DNA of 64,000 nucleotides, taken from Podospora anserina. Taxonomy: Eukaryota. Below, piece by piece: positions 58,358 to 64,000 of the stretch. Each line of letters starts with the position of its first letter. Position 1 is the first letter of the stretch. Made by a program: the position numbers and the translations under genes. The stretch covers positions 2,418,001-2,482,000 of the forward strand of contig CM030333.1 in NCBI GenBank assembly GCA_017654855.1, in the 5' to 3' direction. The notes beneath the pieces were generated by a model. It saw only the letters and a list, made by a program, of their open reading frames with translations. It searched no databases and was not told the DNA's origin.

Positions 58358-61300
58358 GAGAGAGACACATGGAGAGGCTATAAAAAGTGGTGAGTTTGAC
58401 AGAGGATGGGAATGTTGAAGAGAAGCTGACAGGGTTCAAATAGGAAGGTGAAGTGGGGAAGCAAGACAGTGTTTGAGCTTGGAGAGGAAATGATATGCTC
58501 TTCAACGGTAAACTTTCCCCCAGTCGATGGAGAGACTGCGAGACACTTTCTTCTCTTTGGTCAGGGCTCATGCAAGGAGGTTTCTTTTCAGCTTGGTTTT
58601 CTTTCTGTTTTTGGTCACGGCGATAGAAACATTTTGACCTTTTTGGTGGTCAGTTTCCTGTTTTGTAAGGGTTCTTCATTCCTCTTGATCATTTTGGGAT
58701 TTGTTTGCTTCTATATCGGACAGGTTTTGTTTGATCTTCACTTCCTGTTTGTTTTTTCTCTCGGATGGTTTAACGTTTAGGTATACCCCCTTCCTGGGAC
58801 CTTTTGGTTGGACGGTTGTTTAGATTCAACTCATTGGTTATTTTTCTCCAAGGTCACAGGTTGGTTTGGGTATATGGGGATGGATGGATGGGAATGGGGG
58901 ACGGGGGAATTGGTCATGACTTTTTGGTTTACACACTCTGCTCTGTTTCTGTTTTTCTCATGATTGATGGGTTTACGAATAGATTTTTTTATTTTATTTT
59001 TTTTCGTTTTTTCGCCTTGACTTTTACGAGGACTGTTTTGAGTATACTTTGCGGTGAAGCGGAATAGAGGAGGATTGCTGCCTGTTGCTACTTTACTCAA
59101 CTTTGAACCACCTTGTGAAGCCACATGCAAAGCCACTGTGAGTCGAGATCTTGAAGAGTTACGCAAGAGCGCGCCCTATGGGCAACATGTCGGTCATTCC
59201 CATTGAGATTATGATTTTGTGGCTTTTTCCTTGACATTCTTGGCATTTGGTTGACGATGTTAAAAGGTGGTGGCTGCCTAGGAAATTCGGGATTTGATGC
59301 CTCAAGATGGGATAGCTTTCAGCCACACCACGTAATTCATGGTTTTGTGAACGCAATTGAGAGTTGTTGGACCGTCATCTTCGGATTGACCGTATAAGTC
59401 ATTACTCAAGAGTGATGTTTACGAGAGCCTCTAGCTAGAGCAATCAACTTTTTCGTCCAGTTGGTGGTTGGAGAGTAACAGACGTTAGATGCAATACACC
59501 TAGGTGAGTGAGTTGCTTTCGCGTGGTTACATCTAGGAAAGGTACAGTTAGGTTTTTTTTTTCGGGGACCAAAAACGTGGGATTTGTGAGCGAATGGGGA
59601 CCAAAGTGGTCGGCGATTAATTTATCTTTGTACCTTTTTGTGTGTTTAAGTTGCCCCAGGGACGGGGACGGACGGGTACTTCTGCAGAGGTGGGTGGTCG
59701 GGTTTGGGGGTGGGATGTATGGAGTGCTGGCTGCAGGTGGTGGTGGTGGTGGTGGTGGACGAAGATGATGATGTTACGGCGCAAAAAAACATGGGCAGAT
59801 GGGTAGGTAACTCTCTGGACTGCAGGGCCAAGAGTAAATGTTCTGGAAGGGTTGGTTGGGTTGGTTTGATGGGAGAGAGGGAATAAAGGAGGGGTGGTAT
59901 GCAGGTGGTGGTGGTGGGTGGTGTTTCATCAGGATATGGTATTGCTCCTTTTGCTGGTTGCTGTCTGTGGTGTACCTTTGGTGTTGGTTGGGAAAGTGTG
60001 TGCAACCATGAGCAACCAACTTACCTCGCAGAAAGGTGAATGATATGACGAGATACTATGGAGAATGCCATATTGCATGGTAATTTGTGGTTTGCCCGTG
60101 TCTACGGCCGGGATCAAGTCCGGTTTCCGTTGTTGAGATCACAGGTAGACTGGAAAAGCTACTGCACAGCCACCACCACTTTGGAGAGGATAGACTTTTC
60201 AGCTGTTAGGAATAGCATTTGTTTAGATTCACCGAAGAGCCGGGAATGGGGAGCACAGCCACAGGGGAAGCTGTTTGAGCTTGAGGATGTACTGGGTCTG
60301 GTCTTCACCCGGCTGCTCGGGGATTGGGGCGGCGGCAGTGAGGGTTGAGGGTGGGATGGAGGAGATAGGGATAGGAGGAAATGATACGGGAGATCCCCGG
60401 GGGGAGAGGGACGGGGACGGGTGAACTTTGGGGTGGTTGAGGTGGCTGTGGGGTTTAGGGTGGTGGTGGTGGTGGTGAATTGTTGCGGAGGTAAGGAACA
60501 AGGTAGGTAGGATATCTGATGGAGTGAGAGAGCAGAGCGGTTCAAAAGCCGTTGTGATTGCCGAATACCAAAGTCGAGCATAGTTTGGGCTTGTGATATC
60601 TCTCTTCGGTGTTGTTTTACACATGTGCTGCTTGCTTTCTTCAAAGTGTGGCTGAAGATGGTTGTTAATAAGTGAGGGGGCACGAGAAGAGAGCTACAAG
60701 GTGATCCTGGTCTGTCAGGGGGAGCTAACCGAATGCGGGTCCGAGGGGTACCTCTCTCTGTGGAGCGCTGTGGAGAGGCAGTTCTCTCACCGCCCGGCAG
60801 GTGCCCTGATGAGCGATGCCAAGAAACTCTATTCTCGCACCCCCCCATGCTTTTCGACAAAAGACAAAGTGCAACGTCTTGCGTTCCATTTGATGCAGTC
60901 CGCGAGGCCGACTTATCTCGCGTCTGCGGTTCTTTTGAGCAGCTGAAACCACACCTCTCCCATCACATCCCGTCCCAATATATGGAAGACGCATGGAAGC
61001 TTCGGCGAACACCGGTCCCTCGGCTCCCCAGACATGAGAGACGCACCCAGTGTTCCCTCGACGTCTCTATGCGGCAAGATCATCGATTTCTCACCCTCAC
61101 CTCTCTCACCTTACGTTGATTACCTTCCCGCTGCTGCTTCACCAGCACGACCAGTGACCACCTCGCTTCTTCTTTTTTCTGGATATTCTGTCATGATTGA
61201 CATGTCACAGCGTCGATCATCTGCTCACCATCATACACATACATCTCGACGGGAACTCCCCTAGTGGGCGTTGGTTCCTGCATGTTTTTTTTACGCCATC

Positions 61301-63581
61301 GGCTTATTCTTTCTGCGAGTGCTTTCCGCTCAGCGAAGCCGGTAAGGTGCGGCACAGCGGTGTTGAGCGTTTATTTCCTATTTTGCCGTCGTGCTTCTAG
61401 CGTAGTAGCTCTGAGGGCGGGCCAAGTTGGCCAGGGGAACATCGTTCGGTCCTGTCTTGAGAAACAAGAACCTATAGGATGAGGATCATATGGCCACCCG
61501 CGTGCCGCTTATTTCTCCCCGTCTCTTGAATTACAACTCCGGACCCGTCGGCCACTGGCTTTTTTTCTCATGACCAGGAACGGCGTGGAGAGGTACCATC
61601 GGCAAGCCATGGCATGCGGTATTGCGGGGGGCTTCCGCGCCGAGGAAGGGAGTGTGGGTGGGGAGGGAGCTCAAGCACCTCACGCCACAACAGGCCGACC
61701 CATGGGTCCCCGCTACGTTGTTGATGGAGGTTGGGACAGAAGCAGGCCACTGGGGATCATTCCGTGATCTCGTGGTGCAAGCGATTGGCACCGTATGCAG
61801 GTGTGTCGACCTCGGTCGAGAGAATCAAGACAGGTGCAGCACACGATCCTTCTGTAACCCACGCCTGCTGCAGGCTTTCGTGTTGGGAAGGTTTGGCGTC
61901 CCATGTCTTTGATCTTCGGCAGTTGTTGCGGTGGTTGAGAAAAGCTGAAAAGGGGACGACAAGAGGCGACGCCAAGGGAGCGGGCTTGCTGGGTGCCGGA
62001 GAACCAAGTCCTAGCGTGATCGATCTCTCGAGAGCTTGACCCGCCGCTATGCCAGACTTGTCAGTTCCGTCTTTGGAGCGCCGTTGAAGTGGCGTCCGAG
62101 GTGCGTCTATGCCGTGGTTTCTCGAGATGATCTGTGCTCATCAGATCCGGAAGACCAAGCATCGCTTCCACGGAGTGTCGATGAAGCTCGTGAGACCCCG
62201 AGGCCGCATCGGTGACCGAGGTTATGGAAGTACACGGCCGCTTTGACGGTGCATCTCGGAGAGATGGAAGCTATCTCGAATGTGAGGTAGGGCCGAGGGA
62301 GCATCGATATGGTAATCTGCTCGTGCCTTGGGGGTGTGGGGGTCGGTCCGAGAACTCCTGCCTCAACAGGACTGACAGCTCATCGAGAGCTGCTTGATGC
62401 TGAACTAGGGACTTGGTTTGTGCCATCTTCGTCCCATCACATCTACTACATCTCCGGGCTCTCTGCGGAGGGCCTCATCATGTTTCGATTCAAGACGGGG
62501 GGTCACTGGATCATGGAATTAGCGCCGAGTGGCACGTCTGTGGGGGCAACACCAGCGATGGCGGTGTTCAAATGGGGTTAAGTGGCCTTTTCTAATATCT
62601 TTACTCCCTTTTTTCTACTCGGCACGTCGATGTTTTTCAACCTAGATCTGGGAGGGGCCTGTACCTATCCACTTGCAGATCTTGTTTCGATGCCTTTATT
62701 GACTTGGCACATGACGTCCTATCTTAAATTTTCCTTCCGCCCCAATCAGGGCCGGCATTCGAGGCACTCGGACGGTGGACGATGGAGATATGGACTGAAC
62801 TTTCGAGGTGGAAATAACACGGACGCCGGGAACTCTGGCGGGTGACGTCTGAGGCGGCGATAAGGACAAGAGGAACGGCTCTTCACGTGAAGTCGTCTGG
62901 AGATGTTTGTGGCTTAATGTTTGCAGATGTCCACCCCTTGTCGAGATACTTGCGGTGCAAGTATATCCATTAGTGCCATTCTGGGCCCTCTGCAGGTAAA
63001 TTGAAACCGGTGGCTTGCAGATCTCACGCAGATGGCGTCAACCATGTCAACACCGTTATTGAAACTTTGCAAAAGATTCAGTACGTAAACCATGAGCGTA
63101 CACACACACACAGACACACACACACAAATCATCAGATGAAGTCAAAATTGCCTAGCGGCTCTGTGGATGCAGATGCTATGATGGCTCGCTTGATACGGAT
63201 ATAACCTACCAATTCGGAAGGTGTCACTGTCTCTCCAGATCTACTTGTATGTACAGTAGGTACTGAGCGAGAGTTGGAGAGAAGAACAGGTGGGAGCACA
63301 GTTGCTTTGAAGACCCCCCCCAGAAGCGAAAAAAGGTGGGGTTTTGTTGGGGATCTTCGGCGGGGGGCGCGGGCCGATGGATAACTGCGGGGCCCGCCCA
63401 ATTGGGAGTGGGGCAGCCAACAGCTGAGAGCCACTGCCAGGGCCAACCTACATAGGCCAGGGGCCAAGACTTTGGGCGGGAGAGAGCTCCAACTTGCAAG
63501 CTGTCCGAATTGGGTTTGGTGATAGCAGACAGGTGCCTGACCACCACGAACAATCGCGATACTGACGAAGACGACGACGGC

Positions 63582-63611
<30 letters not shown>
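63582..63611. repeat. (GAT)10 microsatellite preceded by GAC repeats, upstream of CWH41
   Basis: Directly visible. Confidence 0.95.
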
Positions 63612-63612
<1 letters not shown>

Positions 63613-63655
63613 GTATAATCACACATATATTCTCGAACCGATCAATTGACCCACA

Positions 63656-64000
63656 ATGATCCCCAACTGGAGGCGCCTCCTGGCAGCCACCGCCCTCCTC
63701 ACTTCTACCACCACCGTCACCGCCACCATCGATGCTGCGACCCCCTCCAACAACGATGAATCCATCCTCCACAGCGAACTCGCCTCACAGCAGAACTCAT
63801 CACTGCTATGGGGCCCCTACCGCCCAAATCTTTACTTTGGGGTGCGCCCTAGGATTCCTAAATCGTTGATGACGGGCCTGATGTGGGGGAAGGTGGAGAG
63901 TTTCCATGACTTTCAGAACACGATGCGGTACACCTGTGAGCAGAACGAGGGGATGAAGGGGTACGGGTGGGATGAGTACGATGCGAGGAACGGGGGGGTG
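63656..64000 (+). CDS. CWH41: Mannosyl-oligosaccharide glucosidase I (GH63), N-terminal part; continues beyond the window
   Basis: MIPNWRRLLAATALL.. signal/anchor, then NSSLLWGPYRPNLYFGVRPRIPKSLMTGLMW..MRYTCEQNEGMKGYGWDEYD; not in the supplied ORF track because it runs off the end. Confidence 0.93.
   Translation, partial: MIPNWRRLLAATALLTSTTTVTATIDAATPSNNDESILHSELASQQNSSLLWGPYRPNLYFGVRPRIPKSLMTGLMWGKVESFHDFQNTMRYTCEQNEGMKGYGWDEYDARNGGV

Noticed and set aside
1..64000. Stop-codon readthrough (TGA CTA), premature stops correctable by A-to-I editing, stwintrons, TPP riboswitch, CRISPR arrays, transposons
   Set aside because: The gene models close with ordinary or GC-AG introns without internal stops, and I saw none of the diagnostic motifs on manual reading.

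Overview
Eukaryotic, intron-containing DNA from a filamentous ascomycete. GTRAGT/GTATGT donors, CTRAC branch points and mostly 50-70 nt introns point to Sordariales; a Podospora-like genome is my inference. It is a gene-dense housekeeping region with 21 supportable protein-coding genes and one intron-containing tRNA-Leu(CAA). The genes are: Vhc1-like cation-chloride cotransporter (partial), Avt3/4 vacuolar amino acid transporter, RPB11, LSM5, a WRN/EXD2-type 3'-5' exonuclease, YTM1, POL31, an F-box-like acidic protein, a GNT1-like GT8, serine dehydratase, NAT9, mitochondrial MetRS, a Cys-repeat protein, RPL4, a Y_phosphatase3 protein, an Eis1-like protein, KIN28/CDK7, an SFK1-like protein, IRC20/SHPRH, FYV4/mS41 and a bZIP-like factor, plus the start of CWH41. 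I see no transposon, RIP tract, CRISPR array or secondary-metabolite cluster, and I cannot demonstrate a new multi-gene system. The best leads are a candidate structured non-coding RNA at about 18.2-18.5 kb followed by a splice donor and a decayed duplication, two GC-AG introns sharing a GCAAGC donor, a sawtooth C-rich/G-rich strand skew, a partitioned PAC-like/MCB bidirectional promoter, uORFs on two divergent vacuolar transporter genes, and a triple 4-Cys repeat domain.
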